A stretch of DNA of 64,000 nt from the human T2T-CHM13v2.0 reference genome, Homo sapiens: assembly GCA_009914755.4 (NCBI GenBank), contig CP068257.2:16416001-16480000 (forward strand). The letters run 5' to 3'. Positions within the stretch are counted from its first letter, which is position 1. The number at the start of each line of letters is the position of its first letter. Made by a program: the position numbers and the translations under genes. The notes beneath the pieces were generated by a model. It worked only from the letters and a program-made list of their open reading frames with translations. It searched no databases and was not told where the DNA came from. Shown here one piece after another: positions 50,194 to 64,000 of this stretch.

Positions 50194-52235
50194 TAGATCT
50201 TTCTTAATTCTAATTCCTGGGAACTCAGAACACCACTAGGAGTTAGAACACCAAAGGAGTCTTGGTTTATCTGCCATATACCAGGCCTTATGGGACCCTG
50301 ACACCACCCTGTGGTTGTTGTCCCTGCACCCAAGTGTACAGAAGGAAAGAGTATGCTTGAAAACTGACAGAATCTGTCCTTTTATTTCCTGCCCTAGAGA
50401 GCCATAACTATTATGATAAGAAGGACTAAGTGGAGACCTCTGGAGAACCCTCTCCCTAATAAATAGTCCATCTAAGGGAAGTACGAATAGCAATGCCATT
50501 TTCAGACTTGAAAGAAATAGGGGTAATGAGTTCTTTATATTTCCTTTTAATCTGCCAGTTTGCCTATTGTTTACAGGGATCAGATATGAAGTTTGAGAAT
50601 GATAATGAATTGCTGGAAGCTTAATCAGATGGTTGCTCTTATAGCAGCTGTAGTTTCCAGATGTGGTCTCTTCATGGGAGCAAATAAACAGAGCACCTAG
50701 TTCCTGGTACACAGATAGCAGTCTGGCTGAACTTTTTGTCTCTACTCAAACAGCAGAGAACATCAGAAGCATTCTGCTTTTCCCTTGGAAAGACAAATGC
50801 ACAGCAGGGGGTAAAGGCAAATCTCACAAAAATACAGGGGCCTATCAACTCAGTGGCAACTATACCAGGCCATAGCAGGCCTTGAAAGCACTAGTTGTGC
50901 AAGAACTTAGTCGCATCTGTCCATTTTGCTATAGTGTCGTCCTACCTATGACTTACATCTTTAGCCTTGTGAAGAGTTTCCTGGAAGAAATGGGCCTAGT
51001 ATGATCAGGAACATAACTGCTGCAGCATAATAACTAGCATCAGGGTTTGCTGTGTGGGAAATGAAGTTTCCTCCCACTGGGTAGAACCTTGAGCATGATA
51101 CCCTATTGTCTATAAGACCTGGACAGAGAAATGGCCTGAGCTCAGTAGCTACATTGCTTCCTGAGCATGTAATAATGTGGTGGTGAAGTTAAAGAAATTA
51201 AAGGAAGAATTTTTTTAAAAAGTGAGAAGTACAATGACTATGTGTGTGGATGTAAGACTGTTTGATTCCCACATGACATCTCATCAGAAGGTTCCTAGTG
51301 GAGAAAACTTTCAATAAGCATGTGGAAAAGATGACCTTTGCATAGAAAGATAATTACAGGTTATGTTCGTACCATCTACAGTGTAGAATAGTTAATTATT
51401 CCAGGCTGGGATTTGCTTGCCCTGTCTTTCATGCATTTGGCAATCTGTGAACTTCCTGATTTCCATTTACACCATTGTGGGATTGTACACAATCTTGTTC
51501 TTGACCAAGAAACTCACTTTACAAGGCAGTTGCTCATCAGATTCACTTTTTTTTTTTTTTATCATTTACTATATGATCTATTAGCTCTTGGCCTTTGGGA
51601 ATACTAGTTATGTCTGCTGGAAGGTCACGGTTGCATATTTAGGATATGGTCCTTTAAATGCATAATATGCTCTGAACCAGCAACCAATTTAGGGTATTGG
51701 ATCTCCCATGAATAGATGGAATTGGGAGTGACATGCCCTCAATGACGTCTTACTATATGCTAGAAATATTTTCTTTCTTATCCCTAAAACACTAGGCTCT
51801 ACTAGAGAGAAATGTTTCCATCAGGGAATACAGCAAGTTCTATGTTGAATTAGAAGGTAAGATTTATTCTTAGCCATTTTGGGCTTCACAAACCACTGAA
51901 TGATCAGCCCCAGATGAGGGTTATTGTTGACTCTAATGACTGATCTGACAATACAGGTGCAACACATTACAGGATGGGAAGTATATGAAGGGAACACACC
52001 TGATACCTTGGCTGCCCCCCAGTACTGCCTTGTCAAGTGGTATACATAAATCCTATACAGATAGGATCCTTTATGAATTAAAATTTGGTCATTCCACTGG
52101 AAAAACCCTAGCCAGCTAGATAATAGAAAAAGAATTATGAGAATGGAGTGAGAGTAAGGGAGTCACACAAAGACGCCTTTATGAATAGCTATGGAGACGA
52201 TTATAGTTTTTTCTCAGATTCTCTTCTTTGCAATG

Positions 52236-52261
52236 TTGTGTGTGTGTGTGTGTGTGTGTGT
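52236..52261. repeat. (TG)13 microsatellite
   Basis: tgtgtgtgtgtgtgtgtgtgtgtgtg. Confidence 0.95.
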
Positions 52262-55200
52262 TTCTTCTAACTTTTTCTTTCTCGCACTATTTTGTATCAT
52301 GTAGTGTGGTGGTGGTTAAATTTATAATGTAATTCACATATCACAGAATATTGAAATAGGATTATGAGAGACTGACAGCTATAAGAGATCCAGAACTTAT
52401 AGCAGAATGTTGACTAAAATTTGGGTCACCTTTTTGTAAGGAAGGATAAACGTATTTTCAGCATACAGCTTTTGCATTAATTATGTAGCAGCAGTTTTTT
52501 AAGCCTTAACAATTTAAATAAAGTTATATGTGAATCTTGTGCAGTTGTAGGGATGAATTATATTATTTATTTTTCTTTTTCATGAAAATCATCTCAATCT
52601 CCTTAATATTTGGGAATTGCCCACCTCAAAAGTTATGGTAGAGGGTAGAGCATCCCTTCATCTCGCCACAGAATCTGAAAATCAGATGCTTAGTAGCTTA
52701 GCTTTTCTCCCAGTGAGAATGAGAATATATGATGTAGGTTTGGACTATGGGATCTAATCACCATGGGGCTGCATGAATAATAAATGACTTGAACAAGCAG
52801 AGAGAATGGAGACTCTATTTTGAAGGTGATGAGCCATAGAAACAGTAGGACTACCAAGTTTCCAGAGGGCAGCTGTGGCAATGGCTCAGGAGTGGCCTCA
52901 GGTGTCCAAGGTTGGCATTATGTTTTGGGGGTACTTAATTTTGGTCAAGACTTCAGCTGTAGTCCCGTCTGCTGTTTTACCTCTTTCATTCTTGTCTTTT
53001 TTACATACTTGTTTTTTTTCCCCTCATCTATCTGGAGATTCAGCAAATCTTTATATATGTTCAGGGCTGCATTGTAAGTGTTAAATAAATAATTTTTTTA
53101 AGTCAGCAAGAGATTATTTCTCTTGCATGCAACAAAAATGGACAGAGAATGGATGAAAAGCAGGGAGGAGGAAGATAAAATAAGTATTCTTTTCCTAAGT
53201 AACCCAAGACAGAGTACCTGGAAAGAGCTCAAAATCTAAGCATAAAAAGGTTAGAGGAATAGAACACATTCAGTGTCTCAAGGTAGTGTTTTCTAGCAGT
53301 CAAGAAGACATGTGCTCTCTTACAGGTACAATATAAAAGGAGAAAGGAAAAAACTATAGTTATACCTACAAAGCCAACAAGGGGAAAAAATAATGTGCTT
53401 TGCTGACAAGTCCTGGGCTGGGAGTGTTGTGCTGAGGATGGGGACTGAGATGGGCACCGGGGATGCTGTGCAACTTTATGGCATGTTGGAAATAGCTTTG
53501 CTATTATTTGAATTTTCCTAGACTTTACTAGCTACAAACATATTTACAACAACAAGAGTATTACAGTTCCACTAACTTTTGCTTCCTCTTTCTAATGTAT
53601 GGCATTGGCCTCATATCATGTGTTTTTATGAATTTCCAGGAGTCTCTTGGGTTTGTTCACATCATGGTGATGTAAAGAGGAATATGTGAATTTTTTGCCA
53701 CACTTTTCATTGAGAGGTGATTCACTTTTCCTTCTCCTTGATTCTGAGTTGGCCCTGGGACTTATTGTCACCAACAGAATGCAGCAAAAGTGGTGTTGTC
53801 TAGCATATGAGGCTGGGCCTTAAGAGACTGCAATTTCTGCCTTTGCCTCTTGGAATGCTCCTTTTTGGGACCCAGTGGCTATGCTTAAAGGAAGCCATTT
53901 GGAGAGAGAAGAACCCAGCCATTCCACCCATACCTGCCAACACCTACAGCTGATACCTGCCAGGCACCATCACAGAAGACTGGGGTCTTCATGACAAAAA
54001 CCACAAAATAGGTTGTTATTTCATAACATACTTTAGAATGAGAGTGGGAAAAGCACTGCATTTGCTCAAAAGCATTTGGAAAAACTTAAAATTTCCCACT
54101 TTGTAAGTATAAATCACAAGTCACAATGCACTGGAACATGGGACAGTTCTAAGTAACAGACATGCAGTGTGCTCAAGATTCTCCCTGTCCAATCCACCAA
54201 GGATTTTCATTTTCATATTTTTCTTTATTGTGGTAAGCTCATTGTGCTTGACTTTTTTTTTCTTTGTTAGGGTTTATTCTTCCAAATAAGCCTCCTCAGT
54301 TACTCTGTAAATAGAGATCTCTTGTCCTGCCCTATATGTTCTCCAGACATGTGAAAGAAAGTGCTGTATCTTATGTAGATTCAAACTGGGACAGCTTCCA
54401 CACTAGGGGAATATTAGAGTGTAATATTCTAGAATTAGAATGACAGACTTCTGTTGAGTTTTCACTCACACTCTCCATGTATGAGAGAGATACCAGAAAG
54501 TGAATTTCTGCAACAGGACATACATGAGCTCCTGGAGATTCTTCAGAGTGACTAATAATATATTCCCGTTTGTGTAAGGAGACCATCACAACTCAGACAG
54601 ATCTTTTCATGATAAAATCAAAACACCTGAAGATGGAGGCAGGCGAACTGATACACATTCAATTCACATTTCTTTTTTAATTTAGTGACTTCAACTAACC
54701 TCATATCATCATAGAGAAGTTACATATATTATTCAGGGGTTACCATTTGTTACTTACATGCCAAATCTCAATGATCAGATTGTCGGCTACGCCAGCATGG
54801 GGATGGGACTCTACTAGTATTTGATGGTACAGATTTTCCTTAGCGAAGAGCTAACTTCTCTTATTTTATGTCACCTGGACTCAGTCCAATTATTGCATCA
54901 GTTTTCTTAACCTTTACACAATGACAGGTTGGCTGTCATTTCCTTAAGCCATATAGTCTGGCTCAGACACTTTAATCACAAAGTGGGTATGCCATTTTCT
55001 CCCACTTTTGCTTTTAGGTAGTATGTTATAGTTCATAATACACTTTCTGTCCACTGGCAAATGTTTCTTTATCAATTACTTACTTATACTACAACTTCAG
55101 TCGATTTCAAACAACTTGATTTATATTCACAATTATAAAGAAATTTTACCATTGCTACGAATATATCTTAGCTTAGCCTATTCAGCATTTTTCAGATTCT

Positions 55201-55603
55201 TTGGCTGCAACCAAGGGATGTGATCTGTTCAACACTGTAGGGGAACTCAGGTGGAAATTGATGTTTACTCTAGGAGCAAAACTCACTCAGCAAAGGTCTC
55301 TCCTATCAGTGCTTCTGAAACCTAGAAAATGTGAAAGCCAACTATATAATCATATATTCCTTTATGCAAAAACATTTATTGAATATCACTATGATGCAAG
55401 CAAGTACTGTAATAGATAAATGCAATGTGAAAAATATGTCAGTGCCCTCAACAGATTGGTGAGGACATGTGGACTATAATAGTAATGATAATACATTGAA
55501 ATAATTGCTAGTCGAGGTATGTGTAATGGATTGTGAAAGTGCAGAGGATTGGCATGAATAACAGTTGTGAAGAGTCAGTTAAGGCTTTATAAAAAAGTGA
55601 TGT

Positions 55604-57820
55604 CTAACACTGATGAAGGAAATTGAAGGGGAAACCAAAAAATTAAAAAATATTCCATGTTCATGGGTTGGAAGAATCAATATTGTTAAAATATCTATAC
55701 TACTCAAAGCAATATATATTTTTTAATGCAATCTCTATCAAAATACCAATGACATTCTTGACAAAAATTGAAAAAAAAATCCAAAAATTTATATGGAACC
55801 ACAAAAGACCCAGAATAGCCAAAGCTATCCTGAGCAAGAAGAACAAAATTGGAGGAATCACATTATCTGACTTCAAATTATATTACAGAGCTATAGTAAC
55901 CAAAACAGCATGCTGCTGGCATAAAAACAGACACATAGACCAATGGAACAGAATAGAGAACCCAGAAACAAATTCTCACATCTACAGTGAACTCATTTGC
56001 AACAAAAATGCCAAGAACATACACTGGGGAAAAAACACTGTCTTTGATAAATGGTGCTGGGAAAACTGGATATCCATAGGCAAAAGAATTAAACTAGACC
56101 CCTATCTCTCACCATATACAAAAATCAAATCTAAATGGACCAAAGACTTAAGTCTAAGACCTCAAAGTATGAAACTACTACAAGAAAACATTGGGGAAAC
56201 TTTCTAGGACATTGGTCTGGGCAAAGGTTTCTTGAACAATACCCTAAGAGCACAGGCAACCAAAGCAAAAATGGACAAATGAGATCACATCAAGTCAAAA
56301 AGCCTCTATACAGCAAAGGAAGCAATCAACAAAGTGAAGAGACAACCCACAGAATGAGAGAAAATATTTGCAAACTATCCCCTCTGACAGGGTATAAATA
56401 ACCAGAGTATATAAGGAGCTCAAACAACTCTATAGGAAAAAAATCTAATAATCTGATCAACCAATGGGCAAAAAATTTGAATGGACATTTCTCAAAAGAA
56501 GACATACAGATGGCAAATAGGCATATGAAAAGATGCTCAATAACATTCACCATCAGAGAAATGCAAATTAAAACTACAGTGAGATATCATCTCACCTCAG
56601 TTATAAAAGACAGGCAATAACAAATGCTGGCGAGGATGCGGAGAAAAGTGAATTCTTGCACACTGTTGGTGGGAATGTAAATTAGTACAACCACTATGGA
56701 GGACAGTCTGGGGGTACCTCAAAAAACTAAAAATTGAGCTACTATATGTGTATTAGTTTGTTCTCACATTGCTAAAAATAACTACCTGAGATTGGGTGAT
56801 TGATAAAATAAGTTTAATTGGCTCACAGTTCTGCAAGCTGTACAGGAAGCATGGCTGGAGAGGCTTCAAGAAACTTACAATCATGGCAAAAGGTGAAGGG
56901 GAAGCAGGCACATCCCGCATGGCTGGAGCAGGAGGAAGAGAGAGAGTGGGGAAGTGCTACTGCTATACACACTTTTAAACAACGAGATCTTGTGAGAACT
57001 TACTATCACCAGAATAGCAAGGGGGGAATCCACCCATGATCCAGTCACCTCTCACCAGGTCTCTCCTCCAACATTGGGAATTATAATTAAACACGAGATT
57101 TGGGTGGGGACACAAATCCAAGCTATATCCACATGATTCAGCAATTCCACTGCAGAGTATATACTCATAAGAAAGGAAAGCAGTATATTGAAGAGATATC
57201 TGTACTCCTGTGTTTGTTGCAGCACTGTTTACAATAGCTAAGACTTGGAAGCAACCTAAGTGTCCATCAACAGATGACTAGATAAACAAAATGTGGTCCA
57301 TATACACAATAGAATACTGTTCAGCCATGAAAAGAATGAGACCCAGTTATTTACAACAACGTGGATGGAACTGGAGATCATTATGTTAAGTGAAATAAGC
57401 CAGGCAGAGAAATACAAACATCACATGTTCTCATTTATTTGTGGGATCTAAAAATCAAAGGAATTTAATGGACACAGAAAGTAGAAGGATGGTTACCAGA
57501 TGCTGGGAAGAATAGTGGGGAGTTGGGGAGGAGGTAGGGATGGTTAACAGATACAAAAATAAAGAAAGAATGAATAAGACCTACTATTTGATAGCACAGT
57601 AGGGTGATTATCATCAATGATAACTTACTTGCATATTTTAAAATAAAGAATGTAATTGGATTGTTTGTAACTCAAAGAATAAATGCTTGAGGGGATGGAT
57701 ACCCCATTCTCCATAATGTGCTGATTTCATATTGCATATCTGTATCAAAATATCTCATGTACCCCAAAAATATATATACTATGTACCCACAACAGTTTAA
57801 AAAATAATTTAAAAAACTTA
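55604..57820 (+). mobile_element. LINE-1 3' third (ORF2 C-terminal part + 3'UTR, 5'-truncated), split by a nested MaLR LTR
   Basis: aacactgatgaaggaaattgaaggggaaaccaaaaaattaaaaaatattccatgttcatgggttggaagaatcaatattgttaaaatatctatactactcaaagcaatatat... Track ORF 55668-56207 (...[77 protein letters not shown]...) is ORF2p C-terminal region. The 3'UTR ends ...atctcatgtaccccaaaaatatatatactatgtacccacaacagtttaaaaaataatttaaaaaa. Confidence 0.85.
56749..57129 (-). mobile_element. MaLR (MST/THE1-like) solo LTR, antisense, nested in the L1
   Basis: tgtattagtttgttctcacattgctaaaaataactacctgagattgggtgattgataaaataagtttaattggctcacagttctgcaagctgtacaggaagc...ggaattataattaaacacgagatttgggtggggacacaaatccaagctatatc; L1 sequence (gagctactatatg | ... 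| acatgattcagcaattccactgc) on either side. Confidence 0.8.
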
Positions 57821-57828
57821 TTTATTAT

Positions 57829-58244
<416 letters not shown>

Positions 58245-59665
58245 TAGCCAGACAATTGCAGATGTGTGAGTGAGGCCACCAGTGTTCAGCAGACAGCAAA
58301 TATCTGAGTGAGTTCAGCTGACACTAGCAGAAGAATTGCCAGACTTAACCCAGCCTAAACTGCTTCTTATGTATTCATGAGCTAAATAAATGCTGTTGCT
58401 TCAGGCACTAGGTTTCAGGGTTGTATGTTACATGGCAACATATTACTGATGTAATCATATTTACATTTTAGAAAGATTAATAGAAAAGTTGTAGAGAACA
58501 GATTACAGGAGATGAGGGTGACTCAGTGAATTTAGGAAACAATTGCAAGATTGTGGGAAACGCCAGTTGCTGTAAATCAGGAGCCTATGTGCCGGAATCC
58601 TGGAACTCAGCTTCTTCCTGAGGACTTGTGAAAATAATCAGGATCCTGTCTGACTGATTCCAAAGTACAGCATCTCCTCTGCCATCAAAGGCTGCTTATT
58701 TTTGCAATGTTAAGTGACTGTGCAAAATAATCCTACTGCTAGCTTGCTTACCAGGACTTGCATCCTCTTAGAAGAACTTCCCACAAAGCTATGGCAGACT
58801 TATTCTGTAACTCCAGGGAATCTCTCTGCCCTCCCTTCTTTTTTCCACACCTCCATCCATTTGAATTTCCCTGTGAATTACTCCTTTGGAAAACTTGTAG
58901 ACAGCCAAACACACAAAGTCTTTCTTATATGTCATTATTTTCTATTGCTCCAAATTTTAATCCCTGATTCACCTTCTCCCATAGTGCTGTTCTTCTGCCT
59001 TCCTCTCTAATGACTTACCTCTGCCCAAACGTTTTCACTGTGCACTTAATTATCCCGATCCATGGTAAAGGTAAGTCCTCTGTCTCTTTATTGAGTGTTT
59101 CTTCTGTTGTCCCAAACTTAAAGCTGATTTTATCATGTGGACACTCCTTATCCTGCGGATTTCTCAAATGTATCCTGCTTCATCTTCTACACCTGAGAAA
59201 TCCTAGAATTTGGAGATGATCCCTGTGTCTTCTTTCCCACTCTGCTACAACTGCTCTTCAAAGGATCAATGACTTGCTAAATGATCAAATCCAGTGGACA
59301 CGTTCAGTGGCATTGGATTTTTTTTTTTAATTACTGCCTTTTTTGTTGTTGTTGAACTGCTTTTTTACTTTAGATTTCTTAATACATTTCCTACTTTTCT
59401 CCTTGAGAATATTTTGTTTTTTCATCTTCTTCAATTTATTTCTTGAATTTTAGTGTTATTTAGGGGTACATGCAAAGTCCTCTTTTCTTTTTACATAATA
59501 TACAAAACTTCCTTGAATGATCTAATCTTCTCATGGCTTCACTGACCAACTCTATGTCAATACCTTAAGTTTTAAAGCAAAGTTTTCTCCTGAGATCTGA
59601 CCCATATGGCCCCTTCTGTTGGAAATTCCAAATTTAAGTCAAGTCAATATGCCCTTTAAACTTAT

Positions 59666-59700
59666 TTCTCTCTCTCTCTCTTTCTCTTTTCTCTTTTATC
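59666..59700. repeat. (CT)n-like simple repeat
   Basis: ctctctctctctttctcttttctcttttatctc. Confidence 0.85.
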
Positions 59701-61049
59701 TCATTTAGAGGTTCCAATACCTAACAGTAACCTAAATGAAGACTTGGCTCCCATACCTCTACCTCCACCAGTCACCAGGTCTTACTGTTTCTAAATGTCT
59801 CTGTGATCTGTTCACTTATATTTGTCTGTTTGCATTGCTATTATTCTAGTTCAAATCAACGCCATCTCATTTCTGTGTTAATTGAAGATTGGGTCCTTTC
59901 CTTTTATTTTCTTTTTTGTTTGAGCTTGAAAGGTAGAGAAATGCAGCTGATAGACTAAAGGATCCCTAACCAAGGCCAGATTTTCAGTAAAGGGAAATCG
60001 CAGAGAGGAGTCTGAGACTGAAGAGCAGGCCCGAGGCCACTAGAGGAAGTGATGATCCCAGCACCATCTAAGTGCCACCACGCAGTTGACATGGGTGCTT
60101 CTTATAGAGAAGGGTGTGGGTGAATCAGAAGACGTCACCTGCTAGGGAGTTGAAGCCTTTGGGGCTCAGACAGTTTTGCTCTGGGACATCTCTGAGTGAG
60201 TCACATTGAGAGAAAGATCATCCTTCTCTGCATGTTGGAATCACTGTGGCCCAGATGAATGAGCGAGGATGCTAACAAGTTGGAGCACCAAGGGAAGCCA
60301 GGCCAGGTTACTCCATTGCGCCCACATTTTTGTAGATAGCCAGAGCTTCAGCAAGTAGTGACACTGATAGAGCTTTCCAGAAGGGGTCAGCCAGCAAGGC
60401 ATTAGCTGCCATTGGGAATGGAAACCTGATCAGGTTATAGCGGTGTTCCACTATCAATAGCAAAGCAGGATGTTAAACGGCAGAGTACAGTAGCTGATGC
60501 TATCTGGGTTACCTCATGAGCTGTCATAATAGTAGAAGCTTTAAGTCCAAACTTCCCAACCTGTGGCAAGCATTTATTGATGGGCTATTAATCCCCTCAG
60601 CCCTTGGGATGGCTGGGCAGAAACTTGGACAGCTGGAGCCCCCAGGCCTGTTGTGTTAGATCATTTATCCTAACAGGGTAAACAGTATAATTTTCCACAG
60701 TGGTATGACGAGATAAATATTGGGAAGTACTGTGGTTTAAGGATCTGCTAACCATCTGCTAGATGAAGTGACAGTTCTATTCCCTCTGTGTTGCAAACTG
60801 ACTGAAAGTTCACAGTTCAGAGGCTTCTCCTGCCTCCTTGGTAGTTAGCTTAATGTGTACAATATACAGCTGTGTCTGCTTCAATTCTGTCCTAAGCCAG
60901 TATTTTACTCATTCATAAAAAAATTACTCCCTTCACCCCTAGGAAATAGATTAATGAACAAGACTGATTAATTTTGTGCCTTCGTGTAGCTTATATTTTA
61001 GTGGGGGAGAAATACAATAAAAAATGAGTTATTGTCATTGTGACTTTAA

Positions 61050-61120
61050 TTAAATAAGAATAAATAAATAAGATAAAATAAATAAATAAATAAGAAGAAA
61101 TAAATAAAACAAAGAAATAG
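61050..61120. repeat. (AAATA/AAAT)n A-rich simple repeat
   Basis: aataaataaataagataaaataaataaataaataagaagaaataaataaaacaaagaaatag. Confidence 0.85.
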
Positions 61121-61329
61121 ACATTTTAAAAGGGAGGTAGTTGTTATTTTAAAATTGAATTGAATTTGGAAAGCTTGATAAAGGTGAATTGTTTAAACAT
61201 TGCTATTAAATTAGCTTTAAGCAAGCATCCTTAAAAAGTTAAAGAAAAATTCTCATTCTATTTCCACATTTGGCTTGCTGTGCAGGGCTCTTTAAGTTTT
61301 CAGGTAACTCTAAAGAAACAGAAACCTGA

Positions 61330-61440
61330 AATCATAAACCATTTTTGTTATGGTGGTGTATACATAAAAGACAACAGGGAAAAATCCTGAGCAGATCTGT
61401 GATCAAGTAGACCTCAAGTTGAATTGGGAAATTAATGTAC
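61330..61440 (+). repeat. Copy 1 of a ~110-bp low-copy direct repeat (partner at 63607-63714)
   Basis: aatcataaaccatttttgttatggtggtgtatacataaaagacaacagggaaaaatcctgagcagatctgtgatcaagtagacctcaagttgaattgggaaattaatgtac. Confidence 0.8.
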
Positions 61441-63606
61441 CTTTACATGTTTTCAATTAAAACACAATGTTTAAAGTACATTTTAATATTTTTCAGATTT
61501 AACTGGTTTTTTAAAATTAACAAACTGCATAAATTGCTTTGAATAGGAGAGCTTCTGTCTTAATTCGCTCAGTAAATGTTTATTGAGCCTCAATCATGCC
61601 ATCAAAACTCTGTTTAGGTACTCTGAGAGATGCAAAAATGAGACAAGAATCTCATTCTTGACAGGCTAGCAGTTTGAATGAGATGAATGCAAAACACTCA
61701 AAGACAGTAGGTAATGAGACAGACAATGCATTCCAACCACTAGTCTCTCCTCAAAAATACTAATTAACATCCTCAAACACTTCTCAAAAGTCTTACTTTT
61801 AAGAACCTAAAAATTATGAACCTCTGTATATTGTCTGAATTAGCTTTATCCATCATTATCATCTAATCATAAGTCACTCTTCCAATAAAAGTATAAAGCA
61901 GTAGCCAATACTGTAATGTTTCTAAGATGTTAACAAATGCATCTTAAATGGGTCCTATATTTCATGTAATTATCTTGACACTATGTCTGTATGGGACTGA
62001 CAATTCTATTCTAAATAATTAACTAAGGAAGGAATGGGCCAGCTTCTAAGGCCACTCAACATCAAAACAACTCATTTTGAATTCCCCTAGCCCTTGTCTC
62101 TAATGACACTTCACTCTCCTTAATTATGTGCTTCCTTTCATAGCTCTTCTGTCTTGAAAGGGCAGTTACCATACTTTAAATACAAAAACTCATGACTACT
62201 ATAGATTTCTTTTTTTGTTTGTTTTTTACAGTTTTCAAAATGCTTTCACATACATTTTTCACTTCAAACTTCTGTCTTCCTTCCATCTCCTAGTTCTCCA
62301 AGCCAGATGGAAGAGTCAGCCGGCCTTGCTCCACTCCCAGCAGTCAATTTTAACTCATAAATCTCTTTCCCCTCTTTCCTTTTATATGATATATCCTTTT
62401 ATTTTTTAAAAACCACGACTCTTTAAAAAGAAGCTTTAGTGAGGTGTAATTTGCATATGATAAACTGAGCATGTTTAATGAGTACAATTTGATAAGCTTC
62501 AGCTGAGGTATATGCTGGTGACAGCATCATCACTCTCAACATAAGGAACATACCCATCATTCTCAAAGTGTCTTTGTGCCCTTTCAACCCCTTCCTCACA
62601 CTTCACATCCCCAGTCATCCGCTGATCTAGTATCTGTTCCAGATCCCAAAGTCAGGCTGAGAGGTAGTAGACAAAGAACTGTGGAATGTTCCATTAACTC
62701 CCCGTTTGTTTACCCTATGAGGTTATCTAACTAGTTGGGGGCTAAATCAGGGATCAGCTTCCTATTTTCTGTGCAAACCTCACAAGCTGCATGTACTGTA
62801 GTGTTCACAGTGCTAACCGTGGGAGAAAGAAACTCCAATAAAGGGGTTGCTTATCAAATGGTCCAGGAATGTGCCACAAAGGAAGAGGGTACAATTGGCT
62901 TAAGATCTACATGAAGGGACAATGAGGAGCATTTCTGAATGGGTAGGTCAAGCCAGAGGAACATATGTCTAAGCTTTGGGACTTGAAATAGAGTTCTTTT
63001 TCAATTAAGAAGTTGCCCTGTGAAAGCTGCCAATAACTCAGGGTAGGGGGTTTATGGAGATTATATAATAGCAGTGGAGGAAAGAGAACATAAAGTAGGG
63101 ATGGAAATAAATAGAAATTTATTAGCTTGTAAAATTATATATGAGCATTGGAAGGAACCTCAAGAATCATCTAGTCAATGCTCTGATTTTGGTGTCATAA
63201 AAACAAAGTATGCAGGTCATCCAGTTCACTTGTGGCAGATCTAGAGCTAGGATCCAAGCCTCCGATTTTGATTTTGTAGGATTATTTTTCCTTGCAGAAT
63301 TAATATTACTATAGATAATGCCTAAGAATATTAGGCTCTGCTAAAATTAGCTGCTCTGTTTGGTGGTGAGATGCAGAAATTTGTATCTTGGGATGGTGGT
63401 TGCAAGTCCTTGTGACTAGGCGAAAAATATTCCCCAGTAGCTCTTGATTAGTCCCCATATCACTGGAGCAAGGGGCTAAAGATATATATTTGTAGATCTT
63501 TGAGATAAGAATTGTTTCACATTGTGCTGATGATATTATTAGAAGTATAAATTATTGAGCTATGTCCAACATAAAGTTATTTTCTGACTTGTGCAGACAC
63601 AGAGTT

Positions 63607-63714
63607 AAATCATAAACCATGTATGTTATAATGGTGTATGCATAAAAGACAACAGGGAAAACTGAACATACCTGGGACCAAGCAGACCTCGAGTTGAACT
63701 GGGAAATTAATGTG
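63607..63714 (+). repeat. Copy 2 of the ~110-bp direct repeat
   Basis: aatcataaaccatgtatgttataatggtgtatgcataaaagacaacagggaaaactgaacatacctgggaccaagcagacctcgagttgaactgggaaattaatgtgc. Confidence 0.8.
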
Positions 63715-64000
63715 CATACCCTGTGTATGGGGTAGAAAATGGAGAAATAATATTGTCTAAGTTTATTTGTTTCCTATGGCTGTTTTTCTGTCCACATCCC
63801 TGTCATTTCTAATCTGACCTCAGGCCTGTGAGCTGAAATTCACAGTTTTATCGTGTTTTACCTTTCCCTTTTCAGCTTAATTTGTCTCCTTTCCTGACAA
63901 TAGGTCACACTGATTCACACAAAACATTTATTGGAAACCAAGAGGAACCTGTTTATTGTTTATATCTTTTTGTTTTAAAAATGTGTGTGTACATATATAC

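Noticed and set aside
60125-60140. agacgtcacc: near-match to a CRE (TGACGTCA) element
   Set aside because: Single 7/8 match with no supporting promoter architecture. Expected by chance in 64 kb.
61560-61610. agtaaatgtttattgagcctcaatcatgc resembling the 3' end of MIR (…aataaatgttagctattat…) in antisense
   Set aside because: Similarity limited to ~20 nt around an AATAAA-like motif. Insufficient to call a MIR fragment without alignment.

Overview
This window is not prokaryotic. It is primate, almost certainly human, nuclear DNA: AT-rich, CpG-depleted, and by my reading more than half interspersed repeats. It contains at least 9 Alu SINEs and several LINE-1 elements. One L1 is about 8.6 kb and starts at the canonical 5' terminus (+ strand, 34181-42815). 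Another is about 10 kb on the - strand (22345-~32480) and has been invaded by other elements. There is a striking cluster of ERVL-MaLR (THE1/MST/MLT1-type) retroelements: two near full-length copies with both LTRs plus 8 solo LTRs. There is also one roughly 1.06-kb ERVK-class solo LTR, plus simple repeats and tandem duplications. I find no cellular protein-coding exon, tRNA, rRNA, CRISPR array or operon-like structure. Every ORF of 100 aa or more in the supplied six-frame track lies inside a transposable element or is otherwise unsupported. The interesting content is the nested insertion history, the structural variants of the elements and a few non-B-DNA or tandem-repeat structures. Family-level names (L1M/L1PB, MST/THE1, MER11) come from sequence features I recognise from memory, not from a database search, and should be confirmed with RepeatMasker/Dfam.
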